Assembly (NCBI GenBank): GCA_977017645.1
Contig: OZ360243.1
Coordinates: forward strand, 35,216,001 to 35,280,000
DNA from: Torpedo marmorata
Lineage: Eukaryota
DNA length: 64,000 nt
Reading direction: 5' to 3'
Shown here: piece by piece, positions 24,640-37,818 of the stretch
Numbering within the stretch: position 1 is the stretch's first letter
Layout: each line of letters starts with the position of its first letter
Position numbers and translations under genes: made by a program
The notes under the pieces: generated by a model
The model's database searches: none
What the model saw: the letters and a program-made list of their open reading frames with translations, nothing else
Told to the model about the DNA's origin: nothing

Positions 24640-25327
24640 TACTATTTAGCGCTGTCAAGCTCCTTTCCTACCTTCCAAATTTGCTAAATAATTCCATCCT
24701 TTCCACATTCAATTTCCCTCCCTCCCTTCTGAACCATCTCCCTGCCAAACTAGTTGCTTGCAAAATTAACAAATGAGGATTGATAACAAATTAACTAATG
24801 AGGATTGTCCTCCTGGCCCGACTGAGATGGAACCAGTTCCAATATCTAAATCTTTCCCTCCTGTGACATCTGTTCTGCACTCTCCTCCAGTTTTCCTTGT
24901 CTCTGGCTCTTTGCTTCCTCCTGCAGAATGGTTTGTTTACACTCAGTGCAATACTCGATCCTGGCATTAGGGAGGGAGCACACCACCACAGATCTGTGGC
25001 TGCAAAATCTCCCATCTTTCCTCCTAATTATTGAATCCACAACCCTGAAGATCTCCTGACCTTCCTACTCTGAACAGCTGAGCTACCCGCGGTGCTCTGA
25101 ACCAGACTTTAGCTGACCCGCAAGGAACCAATGCTTTCTCCATAGGGAACGCTTCCTTTCACTTCCTAACCCTCATAGACTGTCTAGCAGTCACTAATTC
25201 TCTTAATGTCTGCACATGCTTAAGCTGTAGGGAGGTCAGACCTTGAAATCCAGAAGCCACATAATTCTCCGCCTCCTATATGCAGTGAAGCGAAGCAGCC
25301 GCTTCTCAAGTTCCTATGCCTGAAAAG

Positions 25328-26335
25328 TTCAAATTTCAAATTTATGTCAGAGTACATACATGACATTACATACAACCCTGAGATTATTTTTCCTGCGGGC
25401 CAGACAGAATTTCTAATTATCGGTAACTGTAAACTGAACTCAAGAAGAAAGAAATGTAAACAAGGTGACTGTGTAAGTACAGAAAGATAAATATTTTCAG
25501 TAATAAATAATGAGCAAAGCAAGAGTCCTTAAATGAGACTCTGAGTCTGTTTTTTAGGAGTCTGATGGTTGAGGGGTAACATCTGTTCCTGAATCTGGTG
25601 GTATGAGTCTTGTGGCACCTATACCTCTTTTTTGATGGCAGCAGTGAGAACAGAGCATGTGCTGGGTGGTATGGATCCTTGATGCTCTGACAGCAGCATT
25701 CCATGCACAGTAAAACCCCCGGTATCCGGCTCCTATGGGGGATTGGTAGATGCTGGATAAGTGAATTTGCCGGTTGCTTGAGATTGGGTGTTGCATGATT
25801 GGTGAACTGACTGCTCGAGGCCGCCAATTTTAAATTTCGTATTTTTTACCTATTTATTTTCTGCAATTTTTTTTGCCGGTTGCTTGAGGCTGCCAATTGC
25901 TTGAATGCCAGATAACGGGGATTTTACTATAGATGATCTCGATGGTGGGGAGAGTTTTGCCTGTGATGTACCGGGCTGTGTCCACTACCTTTTGCAGGGT
26001 TTTTCCACTCAAAGATATTGGTGCCCCCATACCAGGCCGTGATACAGCCAGTCAGCACAATATCCACTACACATCTTTAGAATTTGCCAAGGTTTCCGAT
26101 GATATACTAAACCTCTGCAAACTCTTGAGGAAATAGAAGCGCTGACATGCTTTCTTTACGATGGGTCCAGGAAAAGTCCTCTGAGATGGTGATTCCCAGT
26201 TATTTAAATTTGCTCACCAACTCTTCCTCTGATTCCCCCATTGATCACTCGATCGTACACCTCTGGTTTTCCCTTCCCAAAGCGTACAATCAGTTCGTTT
26301 GTCTTGGTCTTGGTGACATTGTGTTGGTGTTGGAG
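25328..26335 (-). mobile_element. Rex1/Babar-type LINE 3' part, interrupted by a MITE
   Basis: NVTKTKTNELIV and IKDPYHPAHALFSLLPSKKRYR motifs; tail like 2905-2960. Confidence 0.85.
25708..25929. mobile_element. MITE, same family as 16561-16928
   Basis: CAGTAAAACCCCCGGTATCCGG start, GATAACGGGGATTTTACTA end; first ~50 bp match the reverse complement of 16876-16928. Confidence 0.8.
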
Positions 26336-27155
26336 CCCAGAGCTCGATCTTCCAGCTGATGCCACTACTTGCTGTTGTGTTTGTTCTGAATGGAAGAATA
26401 CTGTCATTGGCGAGGTCCTGCATCAGCAAGTGCCTTGTCTACTGGAGTAAAATGTCAGAATTTTCTTTTTATTGTGCCTTATCACTTCTTGGAGAAATGC
26501 CCAAATGACCTGCCACATGATGAATTACTTTTACCGTTGTGCAGCAAAATGCAGCATCCAAATGAAAAGCAGCAACTGAGCCAATCACCAGCTGCAACCA
26601 GCTTCTTCCTGATGAAAATGTATCTGCCTAATTTAGCTTAAGTATCATTTACATAGAAATTACCTACTGCACATGAGTGGCCACATGAAAAATAACTCAG
26701 TTGGAGTAAATGTCTGTGTACTTTTCTCATAGCACCATGGATCCAGCATGAATTTTAGCCCACTGAGAATGTAATTTGGGGAAAAGGATAATGGGCATTT
26801 CTCGAAAAGTGACAGGACACAGAGAGGCCCAAGGGAGACAGTTGAAATGAATGATAAGAGACATGTAAACGCTCTGCAGGTCAGTTGTAACACTTGCATG
26901 AATTGACTGCAGTCCAGGTTCTGGTTCAGATCCAGTCTGAAGCCTCTCATGCCATTCTCTGCTGTCATTCCCATATGTTCTGTTCAATCTCAGTTACCAC
27001 CTGGTCCTGCTCCTATTCGACTAAAGCTGTCCTCACTGTTCCCACTTTCCTCCTCTCTACTCAACTCCCAATCCAGAATATAAACACTGTAATAGCCATT
27101 ATCCCCAAACAGCAGTCACAATTTTACTCATTTCAGCTCTATTGAATGCTTCAAT

Positions 27156-27777
27156 TCAGAATCAGAATTTATTGTCATGAACATGTCACAAAATTTGTTC
27201 TTTTGCGGCAGCATCACAGTGCAAACATTTCTACAAACTACATTTCAAAATAAATGAAAATAGTGCAAGAAAAAAAAAGACAAAGTGAGGTAGTATCTGT
27301 GGTTCATTGTTCATTCAGAAATCAGAATGCAGAGGGGAAGAAGCTGTCCTTGTGCCGCTGAGTGCTCGTCTTCAGGCTGCTGAACCTTTTTCCTGATTGT
27401 AGCAGAGTGAAGAGGGCATGGTGGTGGAGGTCTTTAAGTATAGAGGCTGCTTTCTTAAGACACCGCCTCATGTAGATGTCCTCGATGGAGTGAAGACTGG
27501 TGCCCGTGATGACGCAGGCTGAGTGAACAACCCTCTGGAGTTTTTTCCTGTCCTCAGCGTTGGCACTTCCATACAAGACAGTGATGCAACCAGACAGAAT
27601 GCTCTCCACGGTACACCTGTAGAAGTTTTCAGGAGTCTTAGGTGACATACCGAATCTCCTCACAAAGTATAGCCACTGGCGAACCTTCTTCGTGATTGCA
27701 TCAATGTGGAGGCTCCAGGACGGATCCTCAGAAATGTTGACACCCAGGAATTTGAAATTCTTGACCCTCTCCACTGT
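27156..27777 (-). mobile_element. Rex1/Babar-type LINE 3' part, (GATTCT)n-tail subfamily
   Basis: ORF 27322-27774 [16 protein letters not shown]...[15 protein letters not shown]. Confidence 0.92.
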
Positions 27778-28155
27778 TGACTAATTATTAATGTCTGCCC
27801 AGTGCCAATTTTGTCTTCACATTAAAATTCCAGATACAATATTTGTGGAAGATTTTATCTTAATCATATTATTAAAACAAAATAATGTTTTATTTTTCTT
27901 TGCATCGTGTTTGATTTTGAGATGTTTTCCCTGTAATTTGGACATTTTTTCCTTTTGTCTTACTTAATCTTCACCTGACGAATGTAGATTGAAATACATT
28001 CCTACACTTCAATTTATTTATGCACAAATTAAAATGTTGCTTTTAAAGTAAATCTTGTGTTTCTGGACATTTAATCCTGCAATTTTATTCAGGCTACGAT
28101 TAAAAAGTCAGACACAACTGTCTCTCAACTGTTTCACTGTCAATCACTACCTTAC

Positions 28156-31100
28156 TTCGACTGGAACTGAAATCAAAATCTAAATAAATCTCAAACTGAT
28201 AAAGATGACTCTAAAATTAATGAATTTCTATCTGAAATTAAGTTACCAAGATTAAATACTCAAAATAAAGAACTTTTAGATATGTCATTTATGATGAGGG
28301 AAGTTAATGAGGTTCTTAAGTAAAACACGAAAATCTGTAGACACCGTGGTTGAAGTAAAAAACACAAATGCTGGAGAAACTCAGCAGGTCAAACAGTGTC
28401 TTTTATGTAGCAAAGGTAGAAATACATAACCGACATTTCGGGCTTGAGCCCTTCATCAAAGTATGAGAAAATGCCGGCAGGCATCCGAACAAAAAAGTGA
28501 TGGGGGAAGGGGGGGTGTGGCAAAGGCAGGAGATGATAGGTGGAGGGAGGGGACAGCAGCAAAGAGGGGGAGGAGGGATGGTTGGGTGGGTGGAAAAAAA
28601 CAGGATGGACAGATGAGGGGGGAGGGGAAGGAAACGACAAGCAGGTTTAGTGGAAAGCAGAAAAGTCAATGTTAATGCGATCTGGCTGGAGAGTGCCAAG
28701 ACAGAAAATGAGATGTTGTTCCTCCAATTTGCGGGAAGTCTGGGTGGGATAGTACATAAGGCCATGGACAGACATGTGAGTGTGGGAGTGTGACCCAGAA
28801 TTGAAAAGGTTGTCTACTGGGAGATCGCTGTTGTTGCGGACGGAGAGGAGGTGCTCAGCAAAGTGATCTCCCAATCTATGACCGGTCTCTCCGATGTAGA
28901 GAAAGCCTAATGAGGTTCTTAGTTCTTTAACGAGTGGAAAATCTCCAGGGGACAATGGTTTCCCATCAGAATTTTATAAGGAGTTTAAGGACTTATTGAT
29001 ACCTTCATATATGGAGGTGTTAAAACAAATAACGGAAACTCATTCTCTACCGGAAACATTTTCAAATGCAATAATTACAGTTATACCTAAAAAAGATAGA
29101 GATGTATTGAAAACGGAATCATATAGACCAATCTCATTGTTAAATGTGGACTATAAGATAATGGCAAAAATTTTAGCAAATAGAGTGGCTAAATATTTAC
29201 CAGACTTAATACATGTAGATCAAGCAGGTTTTATTAACAATAGATATTCAAAAGATAATATAGCTAGATTAATTAGTTTAATAAATGTGGTACAAAAGAA
29301 AGAGGAATTAGCATTAGTATTAACACTAGATGCCGAGAAGGCTTTTGACAGATTATAGTGGAATTATTTATTTAAAGTACTGGAAAAATTTGGTTTTGGA
29401 ACTACATTTATTAATTGGATTAAAACTACCGGTATATATAAAAAACCTTCTGCCAGAGTGGTGACAAATGGACAAATTTCTTCAAAATTCTCTTTGACTA
29501 GGTCAACCAGACAAGGATGCCCTTTGTCGCCAGCTTTGTTTATTTTAGCAATAGAACCTTTAGCAGAATTAATTAGACAAGATATTAAGATTGTAGGTAT
29601 TAAAGTTAGAAATGAAGAGCATAAAATTAGTTTAATAGCAGATGATGTATTGATTTATATGACAAAACCTATTACTTCTTTAATACAATTGAATGTTTTA
29701 TTGAGAGAATATGGGGAAATATCTGGTTATAAGATTAATTCTGATAAAAGTGAAATTATGGCATTGACACAAAGGAACTATAATAAATGTAAAGAAATTA
29801 CACAATTTAAATCAAATGAAGGAATTAAATATTTGGGAATAAAGACTGATACAAAATTAGCCAATTTATATAAATTAAATTATTTACCATTATTTATGAA
29901 TATTAAAAAAGATTTAGAAAGTTGGAAGGATTTACCTATAACTTTAATAGGAAGGGTAAATTGTATTAAAATGAATGTTTTTCCAAAAATTCAATATCTT
30001 TTTCAATCAATTCCTTATGAAATTCCTCAAAAATTCTTTAAAGATTTAAATTTAATTATTAGGAAATTTTTGTGGAAAGGAAAGTTGGCTAGAGTAGGTA
30101 TGGAGAAATTAACCTGGAATTATGAAATGGGTGGTTTACAACTTCCCAATTTTCAAAATTATTATAAAGATGCTCAATTAAAATTTATTAATGAAATGTT
30201 TGATTTAGGAAAATCTTCTGCTTGGATTAGAATAGAATTAAATAATATAGGAGAAGATTTGAAAGAAGAAGTTATTTATAAATGGAATTCTAAATTATTA
30301 TTAACAGCAGGGAAAAAATCTCCTATTTTTAAACATTTGTTAGAAATATGGAATAGAGTGGAGAGGGAGATATGAGAGAAAGGGTTAATTTCTCGAAAAA
30401 TGCCTTTATATCAAAATAAACTTATTTCATTTACTATTGATTACCAATTATTTAAAATTTGGTTCCAAAAGTGAATTAAGAAATAAATGATTGTTTTGAA
30501 GCTAGTAATTTTATTACTTTTCAAAGAATGAAAGAAAAGTTTAATGTATTAAACAATACACTTTTTGCTTATTATCAAATTAGAGCATTTTTAGTTGAAA
30601 GGTTGGGCTATAGTTTGAATTTACCAAGACAAAATGAACTGGAATTATTGGTTACTAATGGAGGTGTAAATATATTTATTTCTCAAATGTATATATTGTT
30701 ACAGAGGAAAATGCCTAAATTAGGAATTTATAAATCAAGATTAAAATGGGAATCAGATCTGAATGTAACAATAGACAATGAACATTGGAAAGAATTATGT
30801 AAACAAAGTATGATGAAGATTATTAACATTAGATATAGACTAGTGCAATATAATTTTTTTCATCAATTATATTTAACACCTAAAAAATTAAAGAAATTTA
30901 ATCCGACATTATCTGGTTTATGTTTTAGATGTAATAGAGAGGAACGTTCTTTTGTACATTCTACATGGCTTTGTCCAAAGATATATGATTTTTGGTTGAA
31001 AGTTAAAAAGTTTTTGGACAAAGTATTAAGAATTACACTCCCAATGGATCCTATGATATTTTTGTTTGGAGATATTAAAAGAATTAGTATTAAGATGAAA

Positions 31101-31590
31101 TTAAATATGTATCAAATAGAATTTTTGCGAATTACTTTAGCTGTTTCTAAGAAATGCATTGCTATTACATAGAAATCTGATGTAGATTTAGGGTTAGAAC
31201 GATGGCATGCAGAACTTCGTTCAGCTATACCACTTGAAAAAATTACTTATAATTTACGTAATAAATATCATTTCTTTTTGAAAATATGGAGCCCATATAC
31301 AAAAACTGTGGATTTAAGGATTTGAAGATCTCTGGATATCAGATCTGACTGGCGAACCTATCTTCCACAATAAAATCAGCTTATAGTTGTTCTTTTTTGA
31401 TTGACATTCTCCTTACTTTATCTTTTTCTATCTTTCTTTCTTTCTTTTCTATTTTAGTAGATTAGTAGGGGTGGGAGGGTTAGGGAGGGGAGGGAGGGAG
31501 GGGGGTGAAAATGTATCACATGTATTTTGATAATTTTGCATTTTATACTATGTATTGTGTGATTTAAAAATTTTAAATAAAATATTTAAT
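28156..31590 (+). mobile_element. 5'-truncated L1/Tx1-type LINE ORF2 (RT and C-terminus) with stops and frameshifts
   Basis: ORFs 28996-29358 (YRPISLLNVDYKI, LDAEKAFD), 29458-30375 (TRQGCPLSP, ADDVL, IKYLGI), 30528-31172; 14-bp TSD AATCACTACCTTAC at 28142-28155 and 31591-31604. Confidence 0.96.
28319..28907 (-). mobile_element. Penelope-like element nested in the L1
   Basis: LYIGETGHRLGDHFAEHL GIY-YIG remnant plus pLTR; 14-bp TSD TAATGAGGTTCTTA at 28305-28318 and 28908-28921. Confidence 0.93.
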
Positions 31591-31604
31591 AATCACTACC
31601 TTAC

Positions 31605-31651
31605 CATCAGCTTTCATCTTTTTGACTCGCATACCAGCTTCAATAGTGAAC
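31605..31651 (-). other. Candidate 47-bp exon of an unidentified minus-strand gene
   Basis: Acceptor CTCTTCTTCCTTTTCACCAG, donor ATG|GTAAGG; one open frame FTIEAGMRVKKMKAD. Confidence 0.35.
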
Positions 31652-32188
31652 CTGGTGAAAAGGAAGAAGAGTTGTCTGGATCTGTGTAAGAACCTTCACT
31701 GACTCTTTCATATACCCTATTCATTGTCACTTACCACAGAGTTCCATTGCAAAATAAATATGGTAATATGCAGTTTTGCTGTAAATAAATATTCTTAAAT
31801 GTCATGTGAGCAGTAAAACTGATTAAAAATGTAAATAATTCTAAAAATATGGGAATGAAAATCTTTAAATAGTATGAAAAATATAATTTTAAGCAATAAC
31901 AAAATCACAGCAAAACAAAACACATTTTATGTCTGAATACAGAATCAATTTAAAAATGCTCCAGTAGATATTTTATTGGAGATCAACTAGAATTTACAAA
32001 ATTAAGTATTATAATTTTATAAATTTCAGTCTGCCATGGAGTCTGTCAGTTTATACAATATTAGTCATTCTCATAAATTGTCAGCCTTGTATGAGAGTTC
32101 ATTCATCATGTTCCATACCCATTTTCATAATTACATAATGATACTGGCCTATTGTCACTTCAATCAGATATTTATCACATTTGTGCTT

Positions 32189-32885
32189 TGTTACAACTCA
32201 AACCAGCAACAACAGAAGACGCAATTCAAAAGGGTTAAATTTTAACTCTATATTTATTAATAACTATTAATAATATAATGTCTTAACACAATTAACCCCA
32301 CTATATCTATATCAAATATACGGATATCATATATTTATAAACAGTGTGTATGTGAAAAACACAGACCAATACAGTCTGTGCCCAATATTCAAAAAAGAAA
32401 AATCCCCAAAACGCCAGGTCAGTCAGTCAAGTAAGTCTGTCCAAAAAACGCAGTCCACAAAATTTAATCTCAAAGTTCAATGTCCAAGTTCAGTTCTTTA
32501 ACTGATAAAAAAGGACGTGGTATTGAACGTTGGAGAGAGAAATGACTGATGTTGCGTTGCAGTAAGCTTACGAATCCTTTTTCAGGCTTCCTCAGATGAC
32601 TTCATTTGGTTCTCAAAGTGTGGTTTTTAACCCTTCCTCACTTATGAGGCATGTGCATTTCACACAGCTCTCCAGCTGCCCTCTGCTGCTCCAACTACCG
32701 CTCCAACTGCCATTCCAATTGCCGTTCTACCGCACCAACTGCCGTTCCATTGTCTCTCTGTCTGCACAGCTCGACCTTGGCGAATCAGCACTCAGTGTAC
32801 CACAAGTCACACAGAGTTCTCAGCAGAATTCCATCCTTTATAATGACAGTCCACAGTCCAAAAGGCCAGTCCATGGTCCATAACA
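32189..32885 (-). repeat. 3' LTR of the Gmr1-type element
   Basis: TGTTACAAC...CCATAACA on the plus strand; direct repeat of 37819-38530. Confidence 0.95.
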
Positions 32886-32999
32886 CCTCCCACCCACAAA
32901 TAAAATTTTGGTCTGTAAGAACAAAATTTTAGGAATTAATTAAGGTGTCACAATATAAAGCAAAACACTGTTCATCTACAAGCACACACAGTAACTAAT

Positions 33000-35900
33000 T
33001 TCATTCACAAAGTTTAGCATCTAGAAAGACAATCAGAAATCACATTATACTTTTCCCTACTGTACCTTATCATCAAATCATACTCTTGTAAAATCAAACT
33101 ACAATTTAAAAAGCGTCTATTCTTATTCTTCATTTTACACAAAAAAAAACCAATGGATTATGATTAGTATACACCATAAGCGGTTTTTGAGCTGAACAAA
33201 CGTAAACATCAAAATGTTGTAGAGCCAACGCAAGAGCTAACAACTCTTTCTCTATGGTGGAATAATTCTTCTGATGATCATTAAACTTCTTTGAGAAGTA
33301 GGATACAGGATGATCAATATCATCATCATTCTTCTTCTGTAACAGCACCGCAGCCACAGCTTCATCACTGGCATCTATGGCTAAAGAAAATGGTTTCTCT
33401 AAGTCAGGTGACTTAAGCACAGGTTGGTGGCATAAAATGGCCTTCAATTTTACAAATGCTTCTGGGCAACATTTCGACCAGACAAATTTTTCTCCCTTCT
33501 TAAGCAGTTTTGTTAGAGGGAGTGTAATATCTGCAAAGTTTTCACAAAACTTACGATAGTAGCCAATCATTCCCAGGAACCTTCGAAGAGTTTTCTTACT
33601 AATTGGAAAGGGAACTTAGAGATAGTCAAAACCTTCACCTCAACTGGCGCTAACTGCCCCTGTCCTATGACAATAACCCAGATAAGTAACAGTCGCATGA
33701 CCAAACTTACTTTTACTTGAATTAACTGTGAGATTTGCTTTTGAAAGTTGATTAAACAATTCTTCTAACTCAAGGACATGCTCTTCCCACGTGTCACTAC
33801 TTATTACTAAATCATCAATGTAAGCACCTGTGTGCTTCACCCCTGAATTCAGAATTAATCATTCTTTGAAATGTCCCCAGAGCATTCTTCATTCCAAAGG
33901 GCATGACATTGTACTCATACAGCCTAGAAGGTGTACAAATGCAGAAATCTCTTTACCCCTATCTGTTAAAGGAACACACCAGTAACCTTTCAAAAAGTCA
34001 ATTTTAGTAAGAAATTTTGCCTTCCCCACCTTGTCTATACAAGCCTCCACTCTAGGAATAGGATAAGCATCTGTCTTTTTCACAGCATTTACCTTCCTAT
34101 AGTCAGTGCAAAACCTAACAGTTCCATCTGGCTTAGGCACTAAAACACAAGGTGAACTCCAATTTGAAGTAGACTTTCTAATGATACTATTCTTCAACAT
34201 GTAGTCAATTTCTTGATGTACTAGTCTGCACTTTTCCATATTCATCCGATAGTGATGCAGTTTAATAGGTCTAGCATCACCAACATCAACATCATGATAA
34301 TCTATGGAAATTCTCTGAGGTACATCTGGAAGTAAATTCTCAAATTTTAAAAGTAACTGTCTCATTTTTTTTTCCTTTCTGAAGTTTGGAGATGAGCCAA
34401 CTTTGTTTCCAGGTCCTGCAAAACCATGGAATTTTCCAACCTCGGGCTTATCAATTTTTGTATCCCATGACCTTCCCTGAAACTTGTTTTATTTGTCTCT
34501 TCATTATCCTGGTCAATAACCATCACCTCTGGCAAAGGTTTAGTCACACTGTGAGGCACCTGCTCAAAATATGGCTTAATCATATTTACATGACAGACCT
34601 GAGTATCTCGTCTGCGATTAGGCATTTCAATAACATAAGTGACCTCATTAATTTTAGACTTAACTTCATATGGTCCTGAAAATCTAGCCCTAAGAGGATT
34701 TGAATGTGTAGGAAACAGAACAAACACTTTGTCACCAGGTTTAAAATTGCTTATCTTTGCCTTGTGATCATACCAAACCTTCATCTTCTGTTGAATGGCC
34801 TTTAAATTCTCCTTTGCCATTTCACAAGCTAAAGACATAATCCAACAAATTTAAGTGCACATCATTGTTAATCCACTGTTCCCTTAATAACATGAAAGGA
34901 CCTCTCACCTCATGTCCAAAAACCAACTCGAATGGACTAAAACCAAGTGATCCTTGGACAGACTCCCTCACTGCAAATAAAAGCAAACAAACCCCTTCAT
35001 CCCAATCCTTTTCATTCTCAAAACAATAAGTTCTCATCATGTTTTTCAAAGTCGAATGGAACCTCTCCAAGGCCCCTTGACTCTCTAGATGGTATGCAGA
35101 AGATACAATCTGCTGAACTCTCAATTCATAAACCACTTGTTGGAATAAGCCTGACATAAAATTACTCCCTTGATCTGACTGAATTTCTCTAGGCAGGCCA
35201 ACCAAGGTGAAAGACTTTAACAAAGCCTTCACAATTGCCTTTGCTTTAATGTTTCTCAGAGGAATGGCCTCTGGAAACTTTGTGGCTGCACACATAATTG
35301 TCAACAAATACTGATTCCCAGCTTTGGTTTTGGGCAATGGGCCAACACAGTCCACAATCACTTTTGAGAAAGGCTCACCGAAAGCAGGGATAGGTTGTAA
35401 GGGTGCCACCGGGGAACCCTGATTAGGTTTACCCACCACCTGACAAGTGTGACAGGCTCGGAAAAAGCTTAGAACATCCTTTGTTAAACTAGGCCAATAA
35501 AATTGTTTCATTGTCTTATCCATAGTTTTCTTCACCCCAAGGTGACCAATTGAAGTGTGTGCTATGACCCAAAGTTATAATTTCATCCCTATAGGCTTTA
35601 GGGATCACAACCTGCTGCACTATTGCCCAATCTTCACTGGCAGGAACATCATGTGGTCTCCACTTCCTCATCAATATTCCATCTTTGACATAATAACCCA
35701 CTGGCACTTTCTTAATCTCCTCATCAGAGAGAGCCTTATCTCTCACCTCAGCAAGATCAGTATCCTCATTTTGCCTTGCTATCAACTCCTGTCTGGATAG
35801 CGACAAATCTGTACCCTTAGGTTTACTATCAGTGCTTGGGTCTAATAAAGAAGATTGCTCAATTTTTACCAGGTCATTTCCACCTTAATGCTGTTTTTGA

Positions 35901-36450
35901 TTATCACAGACTTTATTTTCCATTAAATCATTTTTCACAGCCTTATCTGCATTGACATTTTTTTTAGACATTGCCCTTCATATAGCACAAGCTGGGTAAA
36001 TATCAGTGTCCCTCTCTGACTAATCAATGACTGGCATAGCTGTCATTCGTACTGCAGGAACAACCTTACACTCCGCCAAGTCATTGCCTAGCAACAGTGA
36101 GACTCTTCCACTGGAAAATTCGACCTAACTCCTATTTTAATAGGTCCATTAACCAAGGCTGATTTTAACACTATTCTGTGCAAAGGAATGGGCTCAGTAT
36201 CACTTCTGATATCTCTAATCAAATTTATTTTGCCGTTATCAGTTTCTTCACCAAATTCCAAAACATTGTCTAACACAAGTGACTGAGCAGCCCCAGTATC
36301 TCGCAAGATTTTCACTGGCACTTGTTTTAACCCTTCTTTAGCTGAAACCAAACCCTCAGTCACAAAAGGATTGAATACATCCCTATTTTTATCAGTAAAT
36401 TTGGATCCTTTCTTGGTTTTTATACCTCTTCTCACTTTGAATACAAGCAT
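33000..36450 (-). pseudogene. Frameshifted pol: protease (LRDTGA), integrase (CHTC, VDCVGPLP, SDQGSNF), RT (FCTDYRKVN, YIDDL), RNase H (DASDEA, YSTIEKELL)
   Basis: ORFs 36088-36450, 35516-35806, 34822-35535, 34362-34838, 33889-34365, 33640-33840, 33130-33570. Confidence 0.93.
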
Positions 36451-37659
36451 TCAGTGCAACCTCTTTTTCTCTCTTCTTTTTCAGCACAGGACAACTTGCT
36501 ATCACGTGATCAGCCTTCTTACAGTAGTGGCAAAGGGGACCCAAAGGTTTTTCCTTTACCAACTTCCATTCATCTTTACCCATAATACTACTTCCAAATT
36601 TACTCTCCACCTTTCTTGGATTATCCACAGTGCACTTTTGAAAAATTTTGCATGACGTCCACTTAGGCTTATGTGTTAAAACATATTCATCTGCTAACTT
36701 ATCTGACTCCTGCCAAGTTTTCACCTCCTTCTCATCCAAGTATGCTTTAATATCATCAGGAACACATCTTTTAATCTCCTCAATTATTATCAATTATCTC
36801 AATCGATTATAATCATTGTTTACAGTCTTTGATGTGAACCACCAGTCAAAGCACACAACTTTTCATAAGCAAAATTTGTATAAGATTGGGTTGTTGATAT
36901 TTTAAAATTCCTGAACTTCTGTCTGTAAGCCTCTGTAACTAACTCATAAGCCTGGAGTATAGCTTTTTTCACAATTTCATACTTAGCAGCTTGCTCTGTG
37001 GTAAGGGCAGAATAACCTTGTTGAACTTTCCCTTTAATTACACTTTGTAACATAAGAAACCATTGGTTTTGTGGCCAATTTAAATTCACAGCCACTTTTT
37101 CAAAATGCTGAAAATATTTGTCTATCTCAGCTTCCTCAAATGGAGGAACCAACCTAACTTCTCGACTGGCCATAAACCCCTCACCATGACCAAGAATTTG
37201 ATCTTGAGTCTCTTCTTTTCTCCTGTAATTTTCCACTCTAATCTTTTCCATCTCATGTAGCCTAATTTTCTCCTCTGCCTCTAGTTCTAATATCCTCAGT
37301 TCCATTTCCAATCTCTTTTATCTTTTGGCAGCCTCCAATTCTAATCTCTTCTGTTTCTCAGCTGCCTCCAATTCTAATCTCTTTAATTCCGACTGTATTC
37401 TCTCAGACGTTTTACCCTTGGGAAACTGCTCTAACACTTCTTTGTCAAACTTTCCTTCTTCTATGTAGTATTTTGCAATTTTCCTCACAATCTCCACCTT
37501 TTTCATTTGTGGTTCTACTGAAGCAATTGCCAACTTGTTGGCAATAGTCACCAACTCGTGCTTTTTAGCCTTTTTCAAATTCTCAAGAAAGGGTAATGCC
37601 AAAAATCCCTCTATATCTATGGCTGCTGGTTTGTTGCTGTTGATTTCACACACACACAC
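36392..37659 (-). pseudogene. Disrupted gag: coiled coil, SCAN-related capsid region, CCHC knuckle
   Basis: YFQHFEKVA..WPQNQW, YELVTEAYRQKFR, CHYCKKADHVIASC across ORFs 37318-37659, 36820-37311, 36392-36793. Confidence 0.9.
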
Positions 37660-37818
37660 TAGCTTTTAATTATCTTTACCAAAGGAATTTCCTAGACCAG
37701 ACTGGAATTCCATCAATCACCAAGCTCCAGCTTGATTCAGACTCAGACGATTGACCACTAATCAATCGACCTCTAAACTCCCAAATTTGTTCAGATCTCG
37801 GATGACGAGCCCCCACTT

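Larger units (their letters stand above)
21720..25230 (-). mobile_element. Scattered remnants of an old CR1-like LINE interrupted by younger insertions
   Basis: Minus strand near 23110-23189 reads KTDELRTKIDRWEYIIAITEIWL (CR1 endonuclease start); other degenerate CR1-like phrases; boundaries approximate. Confidence 0.4.
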
